A stretch of 64,000 bases of DNA from Aplysia californica (lineage: Eukaryota): contig NW_004797374.1 in assembly GCF_000002075.1 (NCBI RefSeq), positions 502,693-566,692 of the forward strand. Direction: 5' to 3'. The first letter of the stretch is position 1. Each line of letters starts with the position of its first letter. The notes under the pieces were generated by a model. The model was not told the DNA's origin. It was given only the letters and a program-made list of their open reading frames with translations, and ran no database searches. Below, piece by piece: positions 24,860 through 37,498 of the stretch. A program made the translations under genes and the position numbers.

Positions 24860-27109
24860 TGCTTGACCCACCAATAGCCAATGGAGATCGTCAGATGCAA
24901 GGAGAGCCTTCACGACCAAGAGGAGACAGACTCCCACACTCAGCACAATATAAAAGAAATGCGGGGCACAGGGAAAAAAAGTTTACTCTGAGGAGTGGTC
25001 AGGCGTGTCTCAAACCAGCTCCTCATGGAGACAGTTAGCAGGAAGACCCTGGTGTGGACGCTGGAAAGGAGAGATGAGCAGCTATGGACATGTGCCGTCT
25101 GCTATGATTCTAACTCTGGATCCAAGTAAGATGCTTTACAGTAAAGTCCACGAATCTCGAATACGAAAATCACGATTTCTAGGGTATCTTGAACATAATG
25201 CTGGGTCCCGTTTTAGTCCCAGTGTTTTCTTTGTATTGACTTTATGGAGTTCCCGAATATACTTGTGGCACTCGAATCTCAAACAAATCCACTTCGCATT
25301 CTCAACTCAAGACCCAGCTTTACAGCCATTTCTGGCTGCAAGTAGGTGTTTCTTTGTTATTGTTACAGCACAGCACATTACGGTGGAACTCGGATTCAAC
25401 GAGGTCGCCGGGCCTGACCTAAAATCTCGTTGAATCTGAGTCTTCGTTATAGCAAACACAAGGTTTTGTGTAGATAATTACAGGCACTGAGCAAGTAAAG
25501 TATAAAGAGAAGTCACAAGTAGTGCCTGAAATGCCTCCATATTATGAGCTGTGTAAAAAAAAAAAAACCCCAATTCGTTCAAATGCACACGCCTGTGTGA
25601 TCTCGCTTGTTTACCAAAAAGTTGTATTGCTGTGTAGAGCCAAGCATACGGCAACTTTTGATTCCATAGACCAGCGCACAATTCATTACGTAGATCTACG
25701 TCAAGACTAGCTTATCATTGTAATAATGATCAGTTGCCGAGGGGAAAAAAATACTGTGACGCGTTAATATCTTTGCGGCGTTCAACGCTAGTCCCCCCCC
25801 CCCCTCCCCGATACGCACATACAGTCACCACGTGTGCATGCCGCCCATCCGACCCCGACACACACCAGAGTAGACACGTGCACGTACTAACAACTCATGT
25901 GTTGATATTAAAGAAGACCGCTGATTGGTCGCATGCAATCGGCTAAGAAGTGAATAATGGTTCACGATGCAGGTGCAATGGATGGTTTCCGGGAATAGAT
26001 AAAGTTCATTCTTGGAGAAAAATGAGCGAAGCCACGTCTGTGGGGACTGTTCACCCTGGAAGCAACCTCCTTGAATCCGAGCTCGCTGATTTAAGTGCTC
26101 GTTGAATCCGGGTTATTTTCATTGATTTTAAAGAAGGAAAAAAACGGGGAATCTATCTCCTCTCGTTGAATCCGAGTTCCATTGTATAATACGTGGTCCT
26201 GATCTTACCATGAGAGGCTGGAGAAGGAGGGGACGGCGAAAGTGGGTTGAGGAGTGATGCTGACCGCACCGCACGACTGGCTCGCCACGCGTGTAATCAT
26301 GCTGTGGGACGCATGCGGTGCAGACGGCAAGATGCGTAACTTTCTGTAAGCCAATGAAATGAGAGGAAAGAAATGACTGGGAGTCGGCTGTGCACACATA
26401 AGAACCCTTCTTTGCAAGAGCCTCTTGTTTCAAACTTTCCAAATCAAGGGAGCTAACCACATTTTATTGTTCTTTTTTTTACCTCCCTTGATTTTCTCTT
26501 TTTTAAAATTTGTATTTGGGACTTTCACGGACATGAAGAATTACGGAAATCTCAAACAATATTTCCAATCCCCGGTGAATTCGAGTTACTTGTGTTTGAC
26601 TGTAATTCTCTTGTCAAATTTCTCACAGCCATTGTTGAGTTTGGTGGTGTGACTTTGGACACTTTATTGACTAAGAGATAAAAATATATAAGGCAAGGCA
26701 ATGGTTGTTTTAAGAAGACGTGTCTAATTTCACAAAAGCTAGCTCTAGTTCAAGTGTGAATAGCTGAATATTAATTGAGATTGAGAGTGTTAGCGCAGGG
26801 TATTTTCCCTACCATTGCCCATCCTCGTGGTGGTCTCCTTCTTCACATGCCCCTTTGCTAGAGCTCAGGGAGGTCTGACTATACCGTACATGGTCGTTTT
26901 CAAGCACAAGGGGCTATCCTGAAAAATGCTGCTTTGAGAATATTGATGGTGCAGTTTTTGGACCCTTGTTCAGTTTCTTTAAAAAAGACAAGGAAAGTTT
27001 TCTCTATTACTTATTATCAAAACAAATATATATACAAATGAATCCAAACTTCTCCAGTAGGGCAATGCTCACTTTTGGTGTTGGTCAAGTTTTCTGGAAA
27101 CCCTGAAAT
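24860..27109 (-). ncRNA. Putative spliced, highly structured non-coding RNA downstream of TERT (exons 27109-27073, 26918-26813, 26343-26209, 25060 to at least 24860)
   Basis: Four acceptors and three donors (GTGAGC, GTAGGG, GTAAGA); exon 26918-26813 has stops in all three frames; several helices form only across splice junctions. Confidence 0.6.
25381..26184. mobile_element. Tc1/pogo-type MITE (CAGTGGAACTCGGATTCAACGAG)
   Basis: TIRs and TA TSD; copies at 28800-29602, 35667-36671, partial ~62925-63260. Confidence 0.9.
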
Positions 27110-27901
27110 CTGGGATAAAAGCGATCACATGTAAGTAAGAAGATCTTCATTACACAGCGCGGTCTGAATAGTCTGATTCTATGTACATGGTTATGTTATC
27201 TACAAAAAATATAGAATCAGTCTTTGTCTGACAGACAGTCCATCACACACCATTTTCGTAGGTACTCTTGATATAATTTAAACTAAACTGAGTGGTGTAG
27301 TTTCAGTTTTTGGGTTGAAATAAATTTTTAGCTGTGCCACGACAGTGGCCTAAGGGGCTTACTCTTTTCAATGAAAACTTTAGGACCGTCAAGGGAGTCT
27401 TTACTTACTTTTACCTTCCTCTGGTATCCTTAGGATGTCGAGGGGAGGGAATCTTTAACAAGCAAAAAATGTACACATGTGACCCCCTAAAGTTTTCTTC
27501 TATCTTACCTACCCTAGGGTCAGGGAGTGTAGGAGACATTCATATTAATATAAGAAAAAAACCTGATGCTGGTGGGGATCAAACTCCTGCTTGACAGGCG
27601 AACACCATGTTGAGCTACTGAGCCCCCTCCCTGCTCCATTCCCCCCCCCCCTCATGAAAATGAAAGTAAAAGTAAAAGCAATTTTGTAAACATTACAGAG
27701 ACAATGTTAAAAACAGTTACTATTTTAATTTTGACCTCTCATCCCAGCAGTGTGAGACTGTTACGACTACGGTACATCTTCATCTATAATAGCAGCTTCG
27801 TGTTCATAGCAGCTTCGTGTTCAGTACAATGTTATGTAAATGACTAGGTATCCATTTATATATTTTGCGAATTGCATTGTGCATATTATTTTATTTATGT
27901 A

Positions 27902-28513
27902 CAGTGGGTGCCGCATTCAACGAAGTCACATTCAACGAGAAGTCGGCTCCGATGAGGCAATCCTTAGTCCCCGATTTTTCCTCTTTGTAAATGTATGTCG
28001 GCTCCAACGAGGTTGCAAACAGACCAAAGTCGCTTTCAACGAGGTCACGCTAACCAAATAAAAATAATATATAGCGGCTCCAAAAGCGAAGAATTGTTCT
28101 CTTTTCTCTCCATCTCTCTGGATGGGTAGCCTCTAGATCGAGACCCTCATTTTTTTCAATTTTCTTTTCTTCCCCTGATCACAAACTCCAAGCTCCCGTC
28201 TTTACTTTATGTAAATCTAAGCCTAGATGTGAGAGGGTATATTTCCACACGAGAAGTGTTCCGGAAACAAAAATATTTTAAAAAATGCAGAAATGACTTT
28301 CAGAACTCAGTTCAAATGCGCACACTGTTGTTTGAGATTTTCGTCATCAGGGGGAATAACTGTTTTAGTTTTAATTACTGGTATTGGAACATCCTATAAT
28401 ATAATAACTTGTCTCCTTTCTTTACTTTAGCCGTAGTCACGTTCAACGAGAGGTCGGATCCAACGAGGAAAACAAGCCGGTCCCGGCAGCCTCGTTGAAT
28501 GCGACACCCACTG
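27902..28513. mobile_element. Tc1/pogo-type MITE (CAGTGGGTGTCGCATTCAACGAG)
   Basis: TIRs and TA TSD; copy at 37550-39122. Confidence 0.88.
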
Positions 28514-28799
28514 TATTCGTATGTGCTCATTTCGTAACGATGTGTAAGCATGAGCGCGTGACAAGCAAGTAGATATGTGTGTGTGTTTGCGTGCGTGTGT
28601 GTATGTGTGTTTGGCATGCATGTGTGTGCATATATGTGTGTGTGTAATGTGCGTGTGTTTGTATGTGTGTATGTGTGTGTGCATATGCATGTGTGAATAT
28701 TGTTCGAAACATGCATTTACGTAAAGCGCCTAAAGCTGTGTTCACACGAGAGTGGGTGCTATAGAAATGATCTTAGTTATTATTATTGTTATTATTATA

Positions 28800-29602
28800 C
28801 AGTGGAACTCGGATTCAACAAGGTCACCGGGCCTGACCTAAAATCTCGTTGAATCCAAGTGCTCGTTATAGCAAACATGAGTTTTGTGTAGATAATTACA
28901 GGCACTGAGCAAGTAATGTATAAATAAAGAGAAGTAACAACTGGTGCCTGAAATGCCTGCATATTATGAACTATGCAAAAAAAAAAAGAAGAGAGATTCG
29001 TTCAAATGCATGCCTGTGTCATCTCGATTGTTTACCAAAAAGTTGTGTTGCTGTGTAGAACCTAGTCTAGCATACGGCAACTTTAGATTCCATAGACCGG
29101 CGCACAATTCATTACGTAGATCTACGTCAAGGCTAGCTTATCATTGTAATAATGATCATTTGCTGGTGAAAAAAAAGACTGTGACACGTTTGTATCTGCG
29201 ACGTTCCACACTGGGAGCGTTGGTGCCCCCCGATACGCACACACAGTCACACATGTGCAGGCCGCCCATCCGACCCCGACACATGTGTGCGTATGAAAGA
29301 AGGCCGCTGATTGGTCGCATGCAATTGCAATTGGCTAAGTGAATAATGGTTCAAAGCACAGGTGCAATGGATGGTTTCCAGGAATAGATAAAGTTCGTTG
29401 TGAGAGAAAAATGAGCGAAGCCACGTCTGCGGGGGGCTGTTCACCCTGGAAGCGACCTCGTTGAATGTTGAATCCGAGCTTGCTGATTTATGTGCTCATT
29501 GAATCTGGGTTATTTCTACTGATTTTAAAGAAGAAAAAACAAAACCGGGGAATACGTATTCTTTTGTTGAATCTGAGTTCTCGTTGAATCCGAATTCTGC
29601 TA
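28800..29602. mobile_element. Tc1/pogo-type MITE (CAGTGGAACTCGG family)
   Basis: Colinear with 25381-26184. Confidence 0.88.
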
Positions 29603-31468
29603 TGTTTAAAAAACAACAAAGGGCAAGGCAATCAATAAGTTATTAGGAGATGAAAATAGAGTGTTAGTGTTAATTTCTATTTTGTTAAAATTCCTGATCT
29701 TTCAATCTCTCCAACACTTCGTTCCTGTCAGGGGAGGTGGAAACAGGACAAAGTAGGGGATAGCTGGGTCTGGGTGAAGTATGGTGTGATTTTTATTACT
29801 TTATGTCACTGAGGCATTACGCTAGCCTCGAAGGCCGACTCGGGTCACCCCTAGTAAGCCGACAGTGGATAAATCATGCTACGAGACAAACAAAGGAGAA
29901 CACATGGAAAATAATGTCAATGGACAAATTGTTGGGGGTTGGATTTACAATTCAACAGGAGGGAAGGTTGGGGGGAGGGGGGGGGGGGAGTGAGTTGGGG
30001 TGCATGGATTGTAGGGTTCAATCAAATCGGAGTAAACTTTATACATATTATTATGTGATGTTAGCAGAACATGTACATTACTGGTGCCATAATGTTCCTA
30101 GATTGGACCATGACTAATCATTATAACAGTCTAGTTCAGACACAGCATACACACACATATATAAGAACAGAGCACCCGATTTACTAAGCTGCCTCACAAA
30201 TATGTTTATTCACAGACCTCAAATAGATGCATTCAGATCTATGTGATCACCATAGGATTCAAAGTCAAAGTAAAAAGCACTTTTGAAAATCTCTGAGGAA
30301 TACAATATGTACAATATGTGAGAAATAAACGAATATTTTTTAAAAGCAAGTGTGAATCATTGACAAAAGCCTGGAAAGGTGACCCAGGGCCTGAGCTGGT
30401 TAGAGAATGTAAGTAAGAGGCTGTTCAAATATAATCTTACACCTTTCTTACATTTGCCTCTTACCCCCCCCACCCCCCCCATCCCGTAATATTACATTGT
30501 TCGCTCAAAATAATAATAATCTATGACATTAATGTCAGTGTTACAATCATTGTAGGCTACTCTATGCGTCTTACATAGTATTCATGAAAAACATGCATCC
30601 ACACAAACGTGCTCATAATAATATATGCTGTTCTACATTCAGTAAAAAAAAGACAGTAAATCCTTCAAGCAAAATATTGCATACTCTCTTTCTTACTAGT
30701 AAGGAAAATAATGAGACTCATGTCAATGTCAAAAGCGCCTTAATTGGCTTAATTACAAACAAAACAAATTACAGTGGAATTCTGATTAAGTCAAACACCT
30801 CGGAACAGAAAAAAAGTAGGCTATTACATTGGTTCAAGACACACACCCTCCCCCCCCCCCTCCATCTTACACTTTTCTTATTGGAGCCAATGACTCCTCC
30901 CACCCCCCCCCCCCCCCCCCCCCTTCCAGTCGTGAGATTATACATGTATTTTGAACGTCCACTAGTGTGCAATTGCTAAGTAAAAAAAACTGAAGTAGAA
31001 GAAATGTTTTCTTTACATGTATTCATACTTTTCTGTTCTGTAAGAATTTATGACTGTGAATTCATCAATGTGTGCGAGGGTGTCTGGGTAAGCTTTGTGG
31101 AATTGTCTTTACTCAAGGATGTACGAGAGAGAGAGAGAGAGAGAGACAGAGAGAGACAGAGACAGAGAGAGAGAAAGAGGATTACTATAGGAGCAGTTGG
31201 CTGCATATATATTATGTTCTTTGTATTATTATTGTACAGCGCATTGAGCATTTCTTTGTGGAAATGATATAAATGCAATTTATTATTATTATTATAATTT
31301 TCATTCATTCGTGCGATTCAGTTATATAATACTCAATTAATTTGACCAAAAAACTGGAAAAAATTAGCAAATTATAATCTCACTTCTCCTCTCCTGTCAC
31401 AATGAAAAAACGCACAATGTAGCACCAACTGTAACCTGTTCAACATATCTGGCGGCCATATATATATA

Positions 31469-32282
31469 CAGTCGAACCTGCCCTGACGGCCACCTCTATA
31501 AGACGGCCACCCGTACAAACGGCCATTTTCCATTCCCCCCCTTGCGTTTTTTCTATATAATTTAACTGTGTAAAACGGGCACCTGTCCAACGCGGCCACC
31601 TTATTTTAACACAAAACCCCTATCTCACTAAGCAATAACACCTGTCTTAGACGGCCACCTTAGTGACTGCATTTCGTTTAGTCATAAATTGTGCATTGGC
31701 CCCTGGCGTTGTGGGCGAGCCGTCAGAATTCAATCTCCTGTCGTTGTTAGGTAGTCCCTCCAACCGATCATGTTGCGTAGGCCCCTCCCAATGTTGACCA
31801 ATAGCTACCAATTTTCAGCTGCTGGTGAGGTAAGCGTGTGATCCCTCATAACCCATAAGCCCCGCCCAGAACTTAAACACAAATCGTAAGTGAGATGAGT
31901 GATCACTGTTTACCCAGTCTGTAAAAAAGTAACAAAGGACGTCAACATGAACTTGTGACAGAAACGTCGCTCGTTCTCCGAGTGGTGGCGACCCATGAGT
32001 TTGTTTTTACATGGCACTCGGTCTTCCTCGTCTGATACATTTCGTTTTATTGTCACCCTTGTGCGAAATCAGCATCAAAATAAAAATTACAAACAAAATA
32101 CAAACCACCACCACCAACAAGAACATAAACAACAACAATGCGGCTAGCTACTTTCAATTGGGACCTCTGATAGGAATGATTTGTTTTCTCTATCTTGATT
32201 AGTCCTGCCTAAGATGGCCACCTGTCTTATACGGCCACTTTTCTCCTTGACAATGGGTGGACGTCTTACACAGGTTTGACTG
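31469..32282. mobile_element. Tc1/pogo-type MITE (CAGTCGAACCTG...CAGGTTTGACTG) downstream of the TERT stop
   Basis: TIRs, TA flanks, subterminal GACGGCCACC repeats. Confidence 0.85.
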
Positions 32283-32679
32283 TATATAATATATACATAT
32301 AAATATAATGTTTATGTTGCATGAAAGAATCAAAATACAGTCGGAGGAAAAAACAATCCAACATCATCACATTTTAACGTCTTTCTGTTGAGTTTGGTCC
32401 GTATTCAGAGTGTAAAAATAAAAGAAATACAGCAACTAATGTCGGTGACTCTACAATGTATTAACAAAGTTATCTTCTGGGAAGAATATGATGCAGACCC
32501 CACTGCAGAAGAAGTGATTGAGAGTGGACGGCAACATGGGGGAGGGGGAGGGAGAAGTGGGAAGTGATAGTTTGTAAAGATTACTGTTTTTTGACAGGTA
32601 GCAGTAAGAACAGGTTTGACTGCACATGTATTTGGTAACCGAAAGAGCGTGGCAGATTATATTATGTACTCATGAGAGT

Positions 32680-34708
32680 TTAAAGACAAACAGCCCTGTA
32701 CACTTCTGACAGATCCACAATAGTGAGGTCCTGACCTTTATGTCTTTGACGCTCTTGTACTTGAAGCTGCTTGATCAGCAATTTGTACATGCTGTCGTGC
32801 ATTCTCAGTTTATACAAGAACGCTCTGGTGCAAAGTCTCTTTACTATTAGTGTGCTGAGAGGGAAGGAGACCATGCCTTGATCAGAACTTTGTGACTTTT
32901 GCAGTTTTTGCACCACAATCTTCATAAACATATGAGGCATTTCTTGAATCAATTTGAGGAAAAAGTTTGGGTTGCTTTCAATTCTTTGCTTCGGAGGAAG
33001 TTGCTTAATGTGAGAATGAAATTTGACTGCAACAAGCATAAAAATGTGCAAAACATTTGTTATGATGCTTGTCTCTGTGTTAATGTCTTTATCAAAGAGA
33101 ACAGCATAGCTCTTGGGTCTCAAGTACCATGACAACAGTTTCTTTAGCTGTAGCCCGGGATGATTGGCAAGGCACAAGGAGACAGTATCTCGCACAGTTA
33201 TGTTCTTGTTGTTGGAAAAGTCCACCAGAATGTTCAGACTTCGGCAGTCAATGGCCAAGCCACAAAATGTCAACGGTTCAGAAGGCTTTAGGGTGTGAGC
33301 ACGGCCAAACTCAGGGTGGCTGTAGTCAAATGTGGCACAACATTTACGGAGACTGCTCTTGCAGTTGAACTCTGGGACACCCTCGATCATCATAGTGAAG
33401 AAAGCTTCAGCCCTTTTTCTGCTGGGAGACACAAAGAGCATATCATCTATCATACGGACCAGAAAGTTTGGTTTTCTCTGAAACTCGTAAAGTTTTACTT
33501 GATCCATATATCCGTAGTAAAAGCTGCAAAGGATGCTGGAAATGCTAGATCCCTGTGGAATACCCATGGACTGAACATAGTGTTGTCTCCCAAGCCTTAT
33601 GACATTGGCAAAAAGCAATGCTTGAAGTTTTTTCAAAAGCACTTCAGATGAGACAGAGAAGGAATGAACAAACTGAGCACCTTGTCTGGTTCTACATTCA
33701 ATCTCTGGTTTGTCAGAGCTTTGGTAATAGACCACTTTAGATTGCCCATCTGACTGAATATTTCTCTTGTAATGGTAAATGTGGTATTTCTCCTGACTGA
33801 GAAGCTGGTTTTGGACCACGCTGTAGAGCAAACAAGGATTGATTGTATCAAAACATTTCTCAATATCTATTTTCACAAAGTACAATTGTTTAATAGACTT
33901 ACTTTTCACATAATCAGTAAATGCTTTCCATCTGCAGTGAATATCATCTATGCTCAGAATTGATGCTCCTAACATCACAGGATGTTGATCTTTGAGCCAG
34001 CGGAGAGCTAAAAGTAGCGCTTTGAGGTGCTTGTTTATGGACACATCGTGAGATTTTTGAGACATATTTACTATAGGTCTTAATGAGGGCTTTTTCAGAA
34101 GGAATCGAACAGTACACACTCCCAAGCAGAGACCTTTCTGTCTTTTCTCCTGGACCCATGCTTGTGGCACCAGCTTCAGGCCACACTGTTTTATGAAATG
34201 TGCACAAGACTGCTGGTGCAATCTGTGCCACGTCTTTTTTCGAAAGAAAAACAATCTTTTCTTGTGCGTCGTAGATTCAGTGACATAGAAGAAAGACTGT
34301 ACCAAAGGGAAAATAACTTTCATCATGAAAAAGTCAACTGCTGACGACAGCAAAGTCCTTCTTTTCCTGTGTTCTTCAGCTTGAATCCATGGGATCACCT
34401 TCACTTTTATATTGGCACACAAGTAGTGTAAAGACATTGTTCCTTTGAGCTGGATGGACAAAAATGTTTGCACATGCTTGAGGAATGTATTAAAGTTCCT
34501 TTTATTTCCAAGAGCAGATTTTGGCACCACTTTCAGGAATATGCATCGTATAAACAAGAATATACTTTGCACTGGTAAAAAGTCATCAGAAAGATTCATG
34601 TTCTTCTTCGCCCCGTTTTTGGAGGCACAACATGATTCTTTTGCGCTGAGGGAGATGTCAAGGGCACATGGACAAAAGTGTTTCAGCAGAGTCCAGTACG
34701 GACATTTT
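32680..34708 (-). CDS. TERT: Telomerase reverse transcriptase, large terminal exon (CP, QFP and T motifs, RT domain, CTE)
   Basis: AG acceptor at 34709-34710, then KCPYWTLLKHFCP (CP motif), in frame with ORF 32680-34599: FFYVTE...FFRKKTW (T), LRPIVNM (2), YFVKIDIEKCFDTI (A), GIPQGSSISSILC (B'), LVRMIDDMLFVS (C), FCG (E). All three catalytic Asp present. Confidence 0.97.
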
Positions 34709-35666
34709 CTGAAAAGGAAGAATAAAATAAAACATGTTGAGCAAATTGTCTCATAAAGTTCTAATGTTGGGATTTAAATGAAATTTCTATTCAGTATCAA
34801 GTACTTAATCTCATCAAATTGACAAGTTTATCTGCCGTAAAGACAATCAAACAAAGTTAAGATTTTACCAATGAATACAATTCTCATGTTTACTTGACCC
34901 AATAAAATGAATAAACTAGTATCAAAGAAAGAATCTTTGTACCGAACCCAAGTCCTGTAGGGATAAACGCATCAGGGAAGATCAGGAGATCTCAAGAGAC
35001 TCAATATTAAGTCAAAGGCAGCACAACATACAGTGGTGCTGGTACTGTGGTGGGTTGTCGAGCCATAGTGTAGACCAGGGGTCTCAAAATTATGGCCTGT
35101 GGGCTAATTAAAACCTGCAGGACAATATTTTGCAGCCCCTACTTGACCTCACAGTTTATTGTTAGTGTTAGTGCGGGCTGCACATTTTTTACACATGTAC
35201 CTTTTTGCCAAGGTGTTTCCCAAGATCATTTATTTTTTAAAGATGTGGCCTACCACGGCTAAGGATTCAGCACTTATATTACCTTATTGTGTTGCAAGTG
35301 CCGTAAAACTCTTACTAAAACCAAATAGCTAAGGCTCATGACAGCTTCCAATGGTGTTTGTTAACAACTTGTAAACATAATTTTCAAATTGTACTTAAAA
35401 AAAATACTGTCAACATTTTAAAAAATTTATAGAATTCTTAATGCTGCCTAGGCTCCTCCAGATTTTACTTCCAGCAACTCCTATGTAATTTGAGTTTAAA
35501 ACCTCTAGTGTAAACCTACTTTATCCAAGATTGTGTGTTGTAGATCTAGTGAATTAGATTAGAAGTGTAAGAACCAAGACGAGAAAATAATGATAACTTA
35601 GCTAACAACTGATATAAAAACATATAATTATTATCATAGACTAAAGCCATCAGTGCTGTGCAAGTA

Positions 35667-36671
35667 CAGTGGAACTTGGATTCAACGAGGTTGCCGGGCC
35701 TGACCTAAAATCTCGTTGAATCCGAGTGTTTGTTATAGTAAAAAGGAGGTTTTGTGTAGATAGTTACCTGTCCCTGTCGTCTTACGCAAGAAAAATTCTG
35801 AAATTATGCAAAGTGAGCCCAAAAATGTGAAATTATCATTATGCAATTCTGTTAATTTTAACAAAGAATGATAAAGGAAAATAGTAAAAAATTATGCAAA
35901 AAATGATCAAATTTTGCTAAATTATGCGGGGTGCATAAAACCACGGGAACAGAATTACAGGCACTGAGCAAGTAATGTGTAAAGAGAAGTAACAAGTGTG
36001 CCTGAAATGCCTGCATATTATGAGCTGTGCAAAAAAAAAAAAATACTGGTTCAAATGCACGCCTGTGTCATCTCGATCGTTTGCCAAAAAGTTGTGCTGC
36101 TGTGTAGAACCTAGCATATGGCAACTTTTGCTTCCATAGACCAGCGCACAATTCATTATGTAGATCTACGTCAAGACTAGCTTATCATTGTAATAATGAT
36201 CAGTTGCTGGGGGAAAAAAAAGACTGTGACGCGTTTGTATCTGCGAGGTTCCACGCCCAGACCCATGGTCCCCCCCCCCCACCCACCCCCCGACCCGCAC
36301 ACTCAGTCACACACGTGTGCAGGCCACCCATCCGACCCTGACACGCGTTAGAGTAGACATGTGCGCATGCCAACAACACATGTGTTGGTATGAAAGAAGG
36401 CCGCATGCAATCAGCAAAGTGAATAATGGTTCACGATGCAGGTGCAATGGATGGTTTCTGGGTATAGATAAAGTTCATCGAGGGAGAAAAATGAGCGAAG
36501 CTACGTCTGCGAGCGCTGTTCACTCTGGAATCGACCTCATTGAATCCGAGCTTGCTGACTTTAAGTGCTCGTTGAATCCGGGTTATTTCCATTGATTTTA
36601 AAGAAGAAAACAAACGGGGAATCCATCTCCTTTCGTTGAATCTGAGTTCTCATTAAATCTAACTTCCACTG
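35667..36671. mobile_element. Tc1/pogo-type MITE with a nested small MITE
   Basis: Colinear with 25381-26184 plus a ~185-bp insert. Confidence 0.88.
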
Positions 36672-36853
36672 TACAATGGAAAACATTTTAGCTAGTGCTG
36701 TAATATTGCATTAACATTTGTCTACTTCGAGCGATCCCATTTCTATTAATTATTTCCATCTGTTTTTAAAAAATCTCAGTGTATTTTGAATATTTCACCA
36801 CAAGAGGACATTCACTAAAACTGTCCCTAAAGGGCTGCAAAGTTCTGAAATAT

Positions 36854-37254
36854 ATGTGTCACGACGCGGTGGAATCAGGCTCTCGTCAATTTTTGACATG
36901 TGGAGTCATTGGTATCATTTTAAAGCTTGTTCATTTGTCTTGCTTCCGGGGGAAAAAATACTCATCTATCATGAATAGAAGTCTAGATATTTGCTATTGA
37001 AGGAGGTGGGGGTCGCCTGGTTTCAGAGACTAAATTAGCAAGAAAATGGCTGCCAAAATTTGGTGACTTTTAAAGACTTTTCAAAGTCCTTAGAAACTGC
37101 AAATCTACATCACAGAAATATGTTTTTAAATGGACCTTAGAGGTGTTGAGACAAAAAATGAAAATTCGATAAAAATTGTCAACGTACAGAAAAATGCCGG
37201 TTTCTTCGATTTCATTATATTGACGAGCGCCTGATTTCACCATGTTTCACATAT
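36854..37254. mobile_element. MITE of the ATGTG..GGAATCAGGC family
   Basis: Terminal inverted GAATCAGGC / GCCTGATTTC. Confidence 0.75.
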
Positions 37255-37371
37255 GAGGTTGATAGTTTCCTCATTTGATTGATTTGATTGCGTTTAATGA
37301 ATAAAATAATCAAAAGAGTACTGGAGGGTCTGTATGGCAAAATATTCTAAATCAACTAAAATATATCATAC

Positions 37372-37435
37372 CTGTGATTTTCTACCATTTCAGTGACAAA
37401 TGGAAGCTTGCTGTCCTCTCCGCTGTAAATGAAGT
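37372..37435 (-). CDS. TERT: TERT penultimate exon
   Basis: ttttgttttcAG ... GTATGA; encodes (D)FIYSGEDSKLPFVTEMVENH(R) and joins KCPY in phase, matching vertebrate LFLELLGNHAQCPY. Confidence 0.85.
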
Positions 37436-37498
37436 CTGAAAACAAAAAAGGTAGTTGGCTGTTTCAAAATTATTATTGTGATGAAATTATTTATGTAC

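Noticed and set aside
26128-26460. 110-aa ORF as a protein-coding gene
   Set aside because: It runs through splice sites into a MITE and has no recognisable domain.
26865-26885. GGGAGGTCTGA resembling RNase P CR-I on the + strand
   Set aside because: Imperfect match, no CR-V partner found, and splice and G-U evidence favours the - strand.
28375-28745. His/Thr-rich ORFs
   Set aside because: (CA/TG)n microsatellite translations; the same applies near 56290-56470, 58250-58330 and 63660-63810.
35520-35545. Possible 26-nt TERT micro-exon (AG...GTAGGT)
   Set aside because: The peptide has no TERT similarity; the 37372-37435 exon fits the CP motif and phase directly.
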